64,000 bases of DNA, taken from positions 1-64,000 of the forward strand of contig JAYWIR010000011.1 of the NCBI GenBank assembly GCA_036172245.1, written 5' to 3'. This DNA is from Raillietiella orientalis (Eukaryota). A model generated the notes under the pieces. That model was not told the origin of the DNA. It did not search any database and saw only the letters and a list, made by a program, of their open reading frames with translations. This document shows positions 25,761-40,390 of the stretch, piece after piece; position 1 is the first letter of the stretch, and each line of letters starts with the position of its first letter. The translations under genes were made by a program, and so were the position numbers.

Positions 25761-28700
25761 AAGTACTCGAGACGACGAAGCAGAGGGACGAAATGAACTT
25801 TCAACACGGATACAAAATAAAAAGGCTGCCCCCCCCCTCCTCCCTCCTTCTTCCCCTCGGCATGCTAACCGTCGTATATCTACATTTCCGAAGTCTGCTG
25901 GGATTCAGGAATTGTCCGGCTGTAATCCACGTTGCGTTCCATTTGAGTATTGGATAATTTGGCTAATTCCGCAGTCATCTCTTCATCTGTAATAGATAAA
26001 ATGCCGCTGCGAAAGCGCCTGGGAGGGCAGTCAATTTCCATTAATTGCCGCCGTCCACATTTTTCATTGAATTTTCACATTTCGCAGGTGCTCCGCGTGC
26101 CTTGGCAAGCCTGTTCCGAGTGCCGACTTGCCTGCTGCATGCTTCGAGTTCCCTCTCGGCCACGGGACGCGGGCCCGAGATTTCCACGGGACAGCCTCGT
26201 GCCGGTTTTCTCCCTACTTCACTTTTCTCCTTCGCCCTCGGAGGATCATCCCGTCCCCCCTGCACCTGGCGCGCGCGGCTAAAGGAAGGAAGGAAGGGAG
26301 GGAGGGAGGGGGGAGGGGACCGCCACCACCCATCGAGGAAGCCGTCCCGGGCTCGAGCCTGAGGCGCGAGCGGCGGGCCTGCGGGAAGGCGAGGAGGCCG
26401 AAAATTTGCGCATTTGCTAGGTGCCCGCGCAGCATCCCTTCGAGCTGCAGCCGACTCCGAAGCCAGGCCGTGGGCGCCTCCCTCGAACGGAGCATCCGAC
26501 GAAAACCGAAGAGGAACGCAAACTGCTTCGAAAAAGCACTCGAAAGCGATGTTCGAGGAAGGAAGCCAACAAATTTCATCATTAAAAAAAAAAAAAAAAA
26601 TGCATTCCCTCAACCTTGGAGCAGAATCCTTTTGAGCTCGCTAGGTTTCGCGGCCAAATTGGTAGTTGCGATCTCGAGATGCATTGATTTCTTGGATGTA
26701 ATTCCAGTGGTGATGACAATTGGGAGGAGGGGGGAGGCGCAAGTCAAAGCATCCTCCCAGAAAAGATTCCCAATAGTATTACCGTTCCCATTTTTCCACG
26801 TCTGCTTGGAATTCTTCTGTAATTGTGTAAAGCATGGTGTTGAGATGCATAGCGGGGACCTGCCTCTGAAACGCCCGGGGCAAATTTGCTTCTTTGTCCC
26901 CTCCCTCTCCCGATCCGGAATCGAAAGGAAAAAACTCCCCCCTTCATCCTACTCTTCGCATTTACTCACGGAGAAAATACATTTACTTTGTTTTGCTTTC
27001 GGAACAGCGCCGTCTCCTGCCGTTTCATTAAAATCAGTTTTTTGGCAATGTCGCATCCCACGGGCAAAACACTTCCATGCGTCTCCATGACTACACGCCT
27101 ATAACAAATCTCCAGCATGAATGGAGTATTATTTCCAACAAATTTATTAGGGAAAGCTGTGCTTTGTAAGCGCTGTCAATTTTTTGATGCACGTTCGCAA
27201 GATGATAATAATAATAATAAAAAAAAAAAAGTTCCACTGACCGTTTTTTTTTTGTGTGTTTTTTGTTTTTTGCTGCTGCTATTTTCACTGCGGAATCTGC
27301 ACAATGTGCATCTTTTGCATACGCGTTCTTTCGAGGTTATCCTCAGCCCAGTTTCGTTTGGAGTGTTCCATCTGCTTCGGAGGTGTATCTGCAGCCGTTT
27401 TTTTTTTTCTTTTCCAAACGATTCCAAGACTCGCAACGAAAAGAAAACCGAGTGGAGAGAAGCGAGCCGAGCGGGGAGTACCCCGCGAAAATCCCGTCGC
27501 TCCGAACGGCCCTCGTGACCGTTGCTCCCGCAACGCGGACGCTGCGGTGCCCTTCGCAGGGATGCACAGCCGCAGGGGGAACCCGCGTGCGTTAGATGAC
27601 CGGAATCCATGAACTCTTGCGCGCACGGCAGCCAAATGTGCCCGCGTAAACCGCTCACCTTTTTTCCTTCCGAAAAGTCCGTGGAAATCGCACTCGTAAG
27701 TAAGTGAAAAGAGTCCCAATTTTCGATTCGGAACGCCAACACGAAGGCGATTTTTGGCTCCGTTTCGTGGAAATTTACCTGCACGGCTGTCCTCCTGCGC
27801 AAGGAAGGAAAATTCCGGGGGTTTCTTGGAAGAAAAAAAAAAAATCACGGCATCGCGGTGCTTTCCTTTTCCTTATTTTTTTTCGCTTCCGTTTCGACGA
27901 GGGGAACCCTGCGAAATGCATCAGACCGAACTGTCCACGCCGAAACGATCCCAACCGTTTCCATTTGAGGGAAATTTCACATTCGTTCTGTGAGCTTCGC
28001 TCCCTCGCCCTTCTCTTTGGGGTTATTCCGTTTTTTCCGTGCTAAATTTCGAAAAGGCTCCGTCCATTCCACGCAGCGTGGATCGAAATCCGAATCTCGG
28101 AAGGATGGGGGGGAGGGGAGGGGAGCGCGGTGGCAACAGTGCACGGAGTTTGAGGCGCCGTGTCCATGGTGATGTCGCCGAGCGGGAACGATTCGTGGAT
28201 TTCGAAAGGACTGCCGCGGAAAGTTTTTTCCGGACGCACGTGGGGTCCCGCAGCGTCCTTCGTGCTGGTACTTTTTCCGAAGGACAGAGGAGGCATCCGG
28301 AATTCCTTTTCGGAAAGTTCGGCTGCACAACAGAAGGAATACGAATACCTCGGGTAGGATTTTTTTTATTCCCCCCCCCCCCCTTTAGTTTCTCTTCGTT
28401 CGATTTGCAAGTGTGAAGTTGGGTTTCTTATTCGCGCTTGCTGGCTGTTGATGAGCTCTGCACTCCGAGAATCGAACAAATCGGGAAGAACCGAACTGGA
28501 TGCCAGGACAAGCATTTAAAACCATTCCGGTCTGGGCTCCCCCGAAGAGAGAATTTTATGATTCCGGAAATTGGGAGTCATCCCCGATTTACTGATGAGT
28601 TTCTGTCACCGACGCAAGGAGAGCCACCGCATCTGCTTCGATCCCCGGAGCGGCCGCAGGGAAGGCGTCCGAGAGAATGGGAGGTTCGCACTTGAGGATT

Positions 28701-31699
28701 GAAATGAATTGAGAACTGCAACACGATCCGCAACACATGCGGGATGTCACTGGCGACGAAGTCGTTGCGTAAGGTATGTCCTTCGGGGTGACTCCATCAC
28801 ACGGAGTCAAACTGTCACATGCAGGGCGCTCGAAGTGGGCGCGTGCTTTGAAACTTGGGCTCCGGCGTGAGCGCCGGCTCTACGCCCGGAAGAAATACGG
28901 CTCTACGCCGGACTTCATCCGGAAGAAGGCAAGAGCCGCAATGGCAAGAGTCGTGCATTCTGCCAATAGAAAGAAGAGCATACTTAGGGCGGTGATCAAC
29001 GTGTCACCACCCTAAGTATCAGAATCGAAATCAGAACGGAAGGGAAATCAGAATGAAGTGTCAGAGCACAAGAACCGACCAGGAATGCTCGAAAGTTTTG
29101 AGAAGTGTTCCTCTTGTATTGAGAAGAGGGAAGGGGAGGGGGGGGGGGAAGGGAACTACCCTTTGATCTTAGCCAAAATGCCGAGAAGCGAGAGTGTGGA
29201 TTCCAGGCGTGCATCCGGAAAGGTCGCGAGCACCTTACCCATCCCTCCCCCCCACCCCTCCTTTCCTTCTCATACCAATATGCTCTCATGTGTTTTCGGC
29301 CGCAGTCATGATACTTTACTTCCTCGTTCGCTGATGACAACGCCCGTTGGCGTTCGCCCCATTTCCTTCCTGAGCTCTCCTTCCTCCACCGCCACCGCTG
29401 TTCGCATGTGCAAGACATTGGCGATGAGCTACGGAAGTGAGAAAGGAAAGCGTTAACAGGGCGTAACCTAGAGTGAGAAGAGGAAGCATTCCCAGGCTGA
29501 GAAACTTTTGATTTTTCCGGATGACAGCCGCCTCACCTCTTCCCTACATCACTATGCATGGTGTTGTCATTCATAGGAATCCACGGATGATGGAGCTGCG
29601 GTAGAGAGTAAGAGTGAATGGAAGAGCCATCCTCGAATCCGAGCTCGGGTCTCAGGTCGCAGCGCTCCAGCTCAGGCTCGGGGAGCTCTCGGGAGGCTGT
29701 TCGCAGCTCCCTCTCCAGCCTCGGGTCCAGTGTTTGCTTTCTTTGGTACTCTCTCTGGCCCTCCGATTTCGAGGATTTGACGGACCGCGCCCTGCCATCC
29801 GCACTTCATACCAAGCATCCGACCGATGGCTACATGTCTTTACGAGAGCGCTCTCGTTGCGCACCTGAGCAACAGAGGTGGCAGGTCTCCGGATTGAGAC
29901 ACCCTACTTCTTCCCAAGCAACTTTGGGGTTTAAAAATCAAGTGGTGTGCACAGGCGGACAAAGCGAACTGACATGACATGGGTCCTTAGCAAAGGACCC
30001 TCACGCTGCGCCTCGAGCTATCTCCTTCGCGTGACCACTAAGCCTCGCATCCCAGCGGTTCTCGAAAAGCTCCCGGCACGGTCTTCCCTGCAAGGCAGGG
30101 TCGAGAGAGTGTCTTGGGAGTATTCGTTCGTCCGGGAAGAGAGAAGTACTAACAGGGATGACTAATAGGGGACCAGCCTCCCTACGGAAATCAAGAACCA
30201 TCGCTATGTCTTTGGAGCTTCGTGGCTTCTGCAGTGTCCTAGAACACGAATGACAAGGTTTTCACAGAAGAACGTAGTTACTGCGGATTTTTTCCTGGCT
30301 CCTTCCCTTCTCTCTCGTACCCTCCTTTCTCCCAGAGTTCTCGTTTGCCACTTGGGGACGTCGCAACATCCCCCCCCCCCCCACGGAGCCGCTGCTACGC
30401 TCCTCGATTTTCCCTTCAGGTACTTCTCGCTTGCATTTTCTTGCTCCTGTCTCCACAGCTCGTCTCCATGACTCTTAGCTGTCAGTTGGAAAAGCCTAGA
30501 TGGCGCGAACGCGAAGCGCGAACTGCCGCGGGTCCTTAGCCCCCTCCCCCCCATCCTTCTTCCAGGGAAAGAGGGGTTTTTCTCCCCTACCCCTTCTGCC
30601 AGCTTCTCTCCAAGCCATAAAACCGTGCATCTTCCTTCCGGTCGTTCGTCCTCAGCGAGGTGCCCGCGCTTCAAAGTGTGCTGGAAAAGGAGAGAACGAA
30701 AACCTGCATGTTTTCAGAGCTTATAGATGTCGAAAGAGAAGGCGGCCGAGAGAGGGCTCACGTTCTCTCCGTGGGTTGAGGCAATAATATTTGATATTGG
30801 GACCTCAACGTCCCTCCTCCCGCGCGCACCTCAACGACCGCTGTCCCCTTTCGCTCTCCCGCCGCCTGGAAAGTTGTTTTTTACACCTGCCTTTACAGCC
30901 GTCGGAGAGAAAACTATAAGTAAAAATTCCACTGCTCTTTTTTCCTTCGTTTTCCGCGGACGCAATCCCAGGCCGAAAGAGTGAAAATCAAACCGGGAGA
31001 ACCTCAGGAAGCACTCCTGGATTTCCGGAATCTTCCCGCAATGAAGATACGACGCGGCGATACTTTCGCAACTCAGAAGAGATTTGTTATCTTCTTTTTG
31101 CCGGGAGGAGACCCGTGGTGTGGAGGGGGTGGGGAAAAACTTTGCGCCCCATGATGTTACGATCCTGTTTTTTCGGATGTCTCTCGAAAGCGCTCCTCCG
31201 CTTCCTATTTCTCTTGCGAGCTTCGCGAGGGATGTGCACGGCGGGAGGAAGCGAACCCGAAGAAACCGGCAGCTGCCGCTGCAGAAGGAAACGCAAAGCG
31301 CTCTGGTGACGTCACGTGCACTTCCTCAGCGGGCGGTGCCGGCACGCGGAGCTCTGGTGTGCGCGCGCCGGTAGGGCGTGCCCATTGGAAATCTGCCTTT
31401 GCGCTCAGCGGCAATGTGCGCGCCCTTCGCTTAGCAGCCCCTCCTCCTCCTTTCCGGCCCCCTCTCTGCACACAAAAATGAGGACAGCGTTCTTCTGGTG
31501 CCCTCCGGAGTCACTCGGTTGGCACGTGGTGCGGGAATCTGCGCACGCGAAGGGGTACCGTCTCGAACCACTTGTGGGAAGCAATTAGCCCAGGACACGC
31601 GATGGCGGCCGTCCCCTTCGTTCCTCCGCCTCCACGCATACGCCTCCCCCTCCACCCCACAACCGGAAAGGCTCTGTGCCTGCTTCCCCCACGTGCAGC

Positions 31700-32330
31700 G
31701 ACGGGTGGGAGCCCCCGCAGCAGCTGGACCACAGTGTCCCCGCGGAGAGAGACGCTCCGCCCCCTCCCCCAAGGGCTTATTTCCTCAGGGTCTCGCTCGC
31801 GCCGGGCAAACGAGGGCGTCGGTTGGTCTATCAGCCTGTCCCCCGGTGCCATACGATCTTCGACGCCGGGTTGTCGCTCTCTCGTGGAGAATCGCGAGAG
31901 GGCAGCCGCCATTCTCTGAGGCAGCGCAAGCGAGGGAGGGATGCGCAAGCCAGCAGCTTCCCGGCGGTGTAATGCGATCGGAGAGAATCCTCTCCAGCCG
32001 CCCAGATTTCTCCTCCTCTAGACAAAGGGAGCGGCATCCAGTTTCGAAGGTTTCCCCCACCCCATCCCCCTTCCTCTTTGTCCACTTGGCTTTTGACTGA
32101 TTTCACTGGCGCTCTCGGCTGCTCTTCCAGAAAACGGGAGATCCCATCCTTCCCCGCTAACCCTTTCCTGGGAAAAAAATCACCACGTGGTGTTTTCCCG
32201 ATGCAAGAACACTCTGTGCCGCGATCCAAACTTTGATCCATATCAGGATGAACCTAAAAACTCCTGGAGTCGTCGTCCAGTTGGTGGTTGAATACCACGT
32301 CCTCTTGCATTCCTAGGACTACTATGTGGA
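31700..32330 (+). mobile_element. Degraded I/Jockey-like reverse transcriptase C-terminal fragment
   Basis: EGVGWSISLSP (~GVPQGSxLSP), RERAAAIL (position of YADDxAI) and GEIP..PFLG (~KFLG) occur in the expected order. Confidence 0.35.
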
Positions 32331-33649
32331 TTTCGTGGATGCATGCGATCGGCCGATGATCTCATCTGATTCCTCCTCATTGGGACGCAAGAGAAAGTCT
32401 GTCTTCTTTTTCTTCCTATACGCGAGGATGATGCGCCTGACGCGTGCGACGGGTCGATGACGACGTAAATTCTCGGACCCTATTCTCTTAAGAGTGGGGG
32501 TCCGGTTCCCTCGCACCATGGATGGACAGGAGGCAAACGAGAGAAGGCAGCTCCGAACTGGGTAGGTGGAAGAGCGCGGGAGGAAGAAGGAGATGCTCCC
32601 GTTGCCCTGTGGTGCGCTTCTTCCTCTGACGACGCCAACGTTGGCGCCGTCATGTACAGAAAGAAATGCGCTGACGGACTGGTTTTTGTCGCTGCTTCCC
32701 CACTTTCCCTCCTCCACGGACAAGACTGTCATTGCATGCTCTTCTCCGTGACCACCGTCTACCCGACCCTTCAAGCTCCCTACGCAGCCGATCCGACATC
32801 GCAATGGGCGGCGCGCTGCTCCACCCCTCAGCACTCCCTGCCAGCACCGCTTTGGGAGAGGGCTGCGCCCGGAGATTCCGGGAAGCAAAGTAAGGACTGT
32901 CCTCCCACCGTCCTCCCCTGGGTAGAGCGGTAGGAGAAGCAGAGCGGCACTCAGGCTCCTCCGCATACACCGAGTCATCTTCTCCGTGCACACCTTCCCT
33001 GTGTGTACATTCTTTTGTGTACATTTCTTTGCGCAAAGAGTTTCATCTCTGTGCATTTCAAGAGGTACATTTACGCGTGTGCACTTCCGCCTACACGCGC
33101 AGCCGCAGGGTCAGCGACGGACACCGCGTTGCGTCGGCCGCCCCCCCTACTCTCTAGCCGGAAGTGCCCTCCCCATCTCCCAACACTTTTCCTTCCCTAG
33201 GCGTGCTGCGATGGTGATCCGAGCCGACCCGACTCGCCCTTTCGACTGCAGTTCCTCCGCCCACGAGCAGGCCCGCGGTCCTCGTGTGCAAGTTACCTTC
33301 GCCTTGAGGCAATCTTTGAGATCGTCCGTTTCGGTTCCCTCTGCAGCATCTCCTTCTCGATCTCTTGCTCTTCCCGAAAGCAGAGGAGGAAAAGGAAGGT
33401 GAGGAGGCCTGGGCAACAGCGGTGTCGAGCAGGCTCAGCGCTCCCCCCCCGCGCACGGACCCTCTCGAACGAAAGCTCCATCCTCTCCGCGCCTCGTTTT
33501 ACGCCTCTACCACTCCCAGGGGGTAGCTCGGACGTCCCGAGACTGAGAGGAAGGCGTGCGCACCTCCGGGAAGCAGCGTTCTCTTGGCCACTCTCTGCTT
33601 CGCTCGTGCGGGAGCCGCGCCGCGGCCGCCTCGAACGCTCTGGTGCCAC

Positions 33650-36500
33650 GCGACATTTGCGCAAGACTTGCTGTAGCGGGAGCCCCTACCCAATGCCAGG
33701 CAACGTCAGGGATGTCTGTCGGTGGCTACAAACGTGTCGCGCCCTCACCTCCTCGTCCAAGCTCGCGTACTGCACTCCTTGCAGTTCCTGGGGGATTTGC
33801 AAGTGACCCTTTCTTGAGAAGCTGCGCCTTTCCGGTTTTCGGAAATCCCTCTGGCTCCGGAAGGGAGAGAACTTGTCCCGGAAAGGCCCTTCCGTCCGGA
33901 CGAATCTTCCTGAGGACCCTTCAGGGTGGTCATGCCAATTGGACACCCGCAAGGGCGAGATCTGGTCGGCGTTCATAGCGTTCGAATCTTGTGCAACCGG
34001 CGTGATTCAGTGCGCTTCAACGTTCCAAGAGATCTCTGCAATCTGAGATACCTTGGGTTGACCCAAGGTATCTCAGATTGCAGAGAACCTCAAGATATCT
34101 CCTTCCTTACTCCCCTTCCTGCGATGTTCCTCCACATCGGTCCAGCGTCCAGCATCTTGGTGCTGGACCCTCGTTCCAAAATGCCCCCCAGCACGAGGAT
34201 CGCGCGTTTTCGTCCTTGGGCTCGTCCGACGACTATCGTTTAAGAGCGGCCCGGGAACTTGCAGAGCGCAGCATCGGCAGTGAAGGAGGGAAACCTGCTC
34301 TACAGAGTTGCGCATGGCACAGACGGCACCCAGCCGGCGCCGTGGAGAGGGTCATCGTACTCGCTCTGAACATCTCGACCAGGTAAGAGTCGTTGAGCAG
34401 AGGTCTGGTGCAAGGAGCATTGCGGACCTCTCGCCCCCCAGTGCCACCCCTTTGGCAGGCGCTTCAGCAAGCTCCCTTTTACCGCGGCTTTTTCTGGTGG
34501 CCTCCCTCCAGCCGGAGAGAGGGCTGAAAAGAAGTCTCTCGCGGAATACCGTCTGAACTACGACCTCCTTCTCCTACTCGTCTCCTCTGTCTCTGTGGTC
34601 ATCCGTGGCCATTGTATCTTGGTCATTCCCTGTTCAGGGCAGGTAGGCGAGAGGGGCAAGGGCAAAGACTCGATCGGACCTTACGACACGAATAGCACGA
34701 ACCAGCTCCTCACGGTTACTCCGGACATCCGTCCGCAGTGCACCAGGGAGTGGCACCCGTGCTTCTCCTAGTCAGCTAGTTCTCCTTTCTTCTCCGCCTT
34801 CTCTCGACCTAGGGGAAGAGTGCTCGGGTGACACACGAGGGTAGCCACGAACTACCTCTTCATCTGCTCGTCTTTCTCCTCGATCTCTTGTTTTTCTCTC
34901 CTCACTTACTCTTCTGCTCTGCTCTCCTTCAACTCACTTGGATTCGCCGCGTGACGGATGCCGGGGACAGCCGGATGAAGCAGGGCACTTTCCCTGAAGC
35001 TGCGCCCTAGGCACAGAGACATGGAACCGCTTCCACGCCTGCTGTGGTGCTGTGGCGCCTCCGCAACACAATCGGAAAGTCCTAGTGGAGGGAGCAGCAT
35101 AGCTACTTTGCTTCCGTCCTGAGGGAGTTTTGGAGAACGTTGTCAGGTCAATGCTGCGGCTCTCCTTCGCCACGAGACCGGACTCATCCGGCAATGGTCG
35201 AAGCACTTTGAGATCGTGCCTGTGACGTCACAGTCCCGGTTTTCCGACCCTAGACTCGCACCAGCATCCCATGCAAACCATCTGGCACAAATCATCTAAA
35301 TCGGCTCTACGCGAAGGAAGACCGCTAGATCATCCACCTAGACAAGCGAAGGAGAACATCTCCAGCGTCGTAAACAGGTTGTGCAAGACGCGGCGTAGTC
35401 AACCAGTGTTCCTCCCTCTGCTCCCATTTATTTATTTTATTGTTCTTCCCCTGAGTCGTTACGGTCTTTGCCTCAGTCTTCCCGAGAGCCGTCGGCTCTC
35501 CTGGACCTTGCGGATCCTTCTAGGAGCGAGTCTCTCTCGTATGTTTGTTTACGAAGGCTAATAAACGCCCCGACGTGAGAGGATGAGAGTCCTTCTCCTC
35601 TCCCATCTCATCCTCTTCATCCTACAGGAGCTCCTTCCGTGAGGAGGGAACACAACTTCTGGACCGGACGTTTATCTCGGGATAGAGCCCCGGACTTAAC
35701 TCTCAATTTATCCTTTTGCCCCCTGCGACACTTCCCTATCACGACCTTTAGAAGTGGTGATGCAGGACGTGGTGACGTGGTCGACCCTGGCTACCACACC
35801 CATTACCAAGCGCTGTCTGCGCTGAGAGCAAGCGACGACAGCTGCCAACCGGATCGTTGGAACTTTTCCTGCACCATCGCAGGAAAGACGAAGCTCCTTG
35901 GAGGCTGGAAAGCGCGCGAGTTGGAGGAGGATGCCACGCCACTGCGCGTGCTCTGGCGACGAATTCTTCCTGCAGAAGTTCCTTCGGTGGACTTATCTTT
36001 CAAGTGTCGTCCCCGAGGAACTTCTGCAAGGATCCTCCGTTGCGTTGGAACACTTCCGCGTTCCCTGTTGCGTGGAAGCAGGCTGTGCCGCTCTTTATGC
36101 ACCGGGGGTTGCGGTGCAACGAGCGCCTGCATCCTCGTTTCCGGGGGAGAGGGGTTGCGTCCTCGAACTGTGCCAGGTGCGGGTAGGCGGAGCCATTCCT
36201 TCTCCAGCTTTCAGACGGCGGTGTCTTCCGGGAACTGTGGCGAAGGGCTGGCTTCACAGCTCCTGCGCCGCCAGCGGAACACCGCCTGCGATCTGCTGCG
36301 GTGGACTCTAGACATGGCGCCGAGGTGTTGCGTCCGTTACAACGTCACGGCCTGCGATGCGCTCGAGATGCAGAGCAGCGAACGGAGGTCATCCGCATGG
36401 CAGACGCCTACACCAGGTCGGTTAAAAGGTGACCTCACCTCGAAGAAGGAGCAAAGGCGGGGGTGGCCAGCGTCCAGCGTCGCTTCTGAACCGAAGTGAT
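33650..36500 (+). mobile_element. Degraded, internally deleted L1/Tx1-like element
   Basis: ORF1-like VGGYK..YCTPCSSWG zinc knuckle (~33710-33810); possible endonuclease remnants (~35000-35350); ORF2 C-terminal MHRGLRCNERLH..SSNCARCG*AE..ELW (~36090-36240), parallel to 45790-45920. Confidence 0.55.
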
Positions 36501-37649
36501 GGCGGACACCAAAGACCCTTGCCCCATGCCCCCGGATTTCCTCACTTTTTTTTTGGTCCCTCTTCGCCTCCACCCCGTTCCGGGCTTTCGTATATCTCGA
36601 CCTGTGTGTCGGTGCAGACCCTCCCCCCTGAACTTCTTTTGTTTTCGGTTGGGAAGCAGCGTGTTGCCGACTGGTTTCTTCTAACTAAATGAACGCCCCG
36701 GAGTGAAGAGTTGAAAAACTTTATCCTTTCGGAGATCATGCAGGCACGACCCACTCAATTCTGCTCGTGCTCGGTTTGGTGTGGCTGTGGTGGTTGGCGG
36801 CCGCGGCGCGTTTTGACATCGCGTAGATGCGACTCAGACGCATCGTTTCAGCTGTTGGCCTGGTGGGAGGCCGTTCTCTTCCCTCCCCCCCTTCCCCCCA
36901 AGCACTACTGTGGACCGTCATCATACGGCAGGGTACGAGCCCAGTCGTCTCTCAGTCAGGGGCGGGTGGGGAGGGGAGAGTCCTCAGGTTTCCCTTGAAA
37001 ACACCTCCAAATCATGAGCATCTACCTTTCTCCTTCTTCTTCCTTTGCCCGCTCCTCCACGCTCCCAGAAACTCTCTGAGTCTCTTTTCGATGACTTTCC
37101 GAGGTCGAAGACGAGGAGGAGGTTTTGTGGGAGTGGAGTGTCGTCGGCGAAAGGGAAAAAAAGTCTTCTAGTGGAAAGAGCGGAGGTGGAAGAAGGAAAG
37201 CAGGGAGGAATGCTCACGTTGCCAAGGTTACCGAAGCGGATCGAACAGTTCGGTCGTTTCGGCACCATGCAAACGCTACGCAGGCGACAAATAGCTAATT
37301 GCTATGCTACCCTCTGGGAACTGAGGCTGAGCTGCCTCCCCCGTGACCGCAAGGATTGCCAGGGAATGTGGACGGAAGCGGGGAGCAGGCCCTCTGATTC
37401 CGTGCTCCTCTGACTGCTTTGCTCATTGACCCGGAGAGGGAGACGGGGGGTCCCAGGAGCGGCGAAGTCAGTCGGCTCCCTCTTCCCTCCCATTTTGCCG
37501 AACCTTGGAGGCCGCTCTTCCAGCGCCAGTGATAAGTGTGCGCACGCGCCCGGAAACTGCTCTTTCTCTCGCCTTTCCTCAGGAGGTCGCGGAAACACTG
37601 CTGAACCGCCCGCGACCGACCTTGGCCGGCCACCTCCGCTTGGCCTCGG

Positions 37650-37900
37650 TCCCTGAGTCCAGCTGAGCGCGGCTTCCTTGGGGTTGCCCATCTACCCGGC
37701 CGGTCGCCGACGGCGCTGCTGTCCACACAGGCCAATCCATCCCCAGGGTCATCCGTCCGTGCCGTGCTCCGCGGGATGGCGACTTCCTGCTGCTTGGAAA
37801 CGGTCGGAAAAGCGCCGAACTCCCCGCTCGTTTCAAGAGAGAGGCGTGCTGCCCGCTCGTTTCTTCTCGGAGGCCCCCTCCATCCGTCAAGCAGCTCGTC
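37650..37900 (-). mobile_element. Degraded non-LTR reverse transcriptase N-terminal fragment (CR1/I/Jockey-like)
   Basis: GAFPTVSKQQEVAIPRS..DDPGD...SSAVG resembles GxFPxxWKxAxVxxIPK..DPxxYRPISLxSxxGK. Confidence 0.4.
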
Positions 37901-40189
37901 CGAATCCTCATGCGCGTGCGAGGCGAGTGCCACGTCACCGAGCCTGGGGACTCGTCCGAATGCCTTCCCTCCCCCCGTTCTTCGGCGAAATGGACGGCGT
38001 CGAAGACCTGCGGCGGCGTCCTCCGTGGGAACCCCGCCGACTTGGCGAAAACGAGGGGTGCGAGGTGGCGGCGGCAGCGATGGTGGGGAGTTCAGATCCC
38101 CTCACTTCTCCCCCCCCCCCCCCCCCATCCTATTCCTGCGTGGGAAAAGGATTCGACGCCGCAGCCAAAGTCGTTTGCCTCCGCCCGTCTGTCCACCCGC
38201 CTCAGCCGTCGTCCCGGAGAGAGCTGACACCTCTGGGTGGTGCGCCCCTGTTCCCCTCTTTTGAGAGAAAAAAGGATGCACAGGAGAGCAGCGCCGCGAC
38301 TCAGCCTGACAAAGGGAGGCCGGGAAATTCCGGAAAAAGAGAACACGTTATGGACCCGCGCGTTACGTCCCCCACGGCGACCACAGCTGCATGCTCAGCA
38401 TCCGAGCCGCTGCGTCGAGGTGACCTCGTTAGCCCTCATACCCCTAAAGGACAAGGGGAGGGGAGGAGGAACGCCGGAAACGTGAAAAGGAGCTGCAACT
38501 CCCGTAGGCGCCTGCAGCGGAAGACCCGGAAGGAGGAGGAAGGGGGAAAACGCATGCGAGAGGGAGCACGGAAAGATGCAACTCCTGTAGCGATGCCGGA
38601 CGCCGAGACAGCCATCTCGCGGTATTGCCGAAAAGTTGCCTCTGCCGCGATCGTCTGGATCCCGACAGCGGAGGAGAGCGAGATCCTGTGGGATGTGGAG
38701 GGTGCCCCCGATTTCACGACTGGCCCTGTCGGAGGTCCCGCGCTGCTCTTTCGCCGGATCGCGCTGTCTGTCGACTCCGAAAGTGGCTCGCGACGTGATC
38801 TTCAGATCTCGTCGCGAGCCATTTGGTTCGGAGATCGCCTTTGTGGTTCGAAGAAGCTCTGTTTGTCTTTCCCGCCGTTCGGAGGCGCCGCCGCTCGCGG
38901 TCGATGCGTTTACGACCTTTCCCCCACCGAAAGGGTCGGGGCTGGAGCCCCGACACGGGGGAGTGCTGGCCCGCCCCTTCCGCTCGGGGAGAGCGGATCT
39001 CTTAATTTGGGGTCTTCTTGTAAAGCGCCGCCGCCTCAAGTCCGGGCGATCGGGACCTTAGCTCTCCAGCAGCCACGTCCGTCGTAAACGACCCGGAGAC
39101 GGAGGTGACTACGACGCTGCCGCTACCCTGTGTTCCTCCCCCTTTCTTCCCACGCGTCTTCGAGACAGCGGGGAAGAAGGATCAGAGAGGGTCTGCACCC
39201 TCCTTCGTTCATCCGGCGTCAGTGGCGCGAGGTCGCGGCTGGATGTGGCGACGACCCGAGCCACTACATCTCAGATTAGCCTCGCTCCTTCTCCCGTCGC
39301 GTCCCTCCTCCCTGGTAGAGGGCCCCGGTTCTGGTTCGCTGGGAGGACGGCGGCACGGTGCGGGTTTCCTCTCTGGCTTAAGGAGGGGAGACGCAGCGAG
39401 AATCTCCGAACTTTTCCTGCTCCGGGGGGAGGGGGGGATCTCTACCTGCCTGCGGGCATCCGGGGAAATGGCGCGCGTATGCCCTCGGCAGGGGTGGGGG
39501 CGAGGAGCTCGTTGGGATCCACCCGGCAGGGGGACCCGCGCGTGGAGACGCGTCGGTCATTCTTGCGCAGACCGAGCTGCCAGCAGCGCGCGCAATAGGT
39601 CCGGGAAAAGGAAGGATGGGGATGGGGTGGGGGATGGAGAAGAGATTGGAGAGAAGAGTCGCAGCTGCTCCGCGCTGTCACCAGGGGACTCACCGAGCGC
39701 CCCTTTTCTCTGGAAAAATGCGAAACTGCAGCGCGTGGACCGGAAAGGAGGAGGAGAAATGCGTCGCATTCAGATCTCCCTCCGTCTGGGGTCCGCACGG
39801 TGCAGCTGGGGTGGGGCTTCTCATAGGCGGAGGGACAAAAGCGGAAAGGTGAAGGGGCAGGGAAGGGATCGACTACTCATCTGCCCGCCCGAGCGATTCG
39901 AGGCGGCGGCCGATGTCGCAATGGAGGCGCCCACAGGACCAGGCCATCTTCGGGGGTCGATCCGGATTCCGGGGGGTCATGACAGCGGAGGCCGAGGCAC
40001 CTGACCGGACTGCGGGAAGAGGCGGACCATGTGGCGAGAGGCTCGCACGCACACCGCTCGCGAAGACCTGCGACTCCAACGGTAGTCCAAAAGCTGCGTG
40101 GAGCTTCCTTCTCCCCTCCCCCCTTCTCCCTCTCTCCTTGTTGCATCTACACAACCGGAGAGGGTGGGAACCGGCTCCTGGATTCCTGG

Positions 40190-40390
40190 AGAGACCAATC
40201 CCGGCGGCCGGTCGACGGGAGGCATCCGGGGGTTCCCGCCTTCCACCTGCGACGCCGCAACCGAAGCCCAGTGGTCAAGCAGAGCCATCCTGCGTGAGAG
40301 CCACGAATCCCACGACCTGCGCCCCCCGTTCTCGGTGTCGATGCATCTCTCCGCGTGGGATCCGAACCCGGGACACTCGGTGCCGCGCGC
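40190..40390 (-). mobile_element. 5' fragment of the tRNA-headed SINE-like element
   Basis: gccgcaaccgaagcccagtggtcaagcag...cccgttctcggtgtcgatgc...ggatccgaacccg aligns collinearly with 51806-51926 (gccgcacccgaagcccaggggccaaccag...cccgttctctggggtcgatgc...ggattcgaacccg). Confidence 0.7.

Noticed and set aside
29950..30250. Possible Tx1 ORF1 remnant (LQGRVERVSWEY)
   Set aside because: The resemblance is too weak to support without a search.
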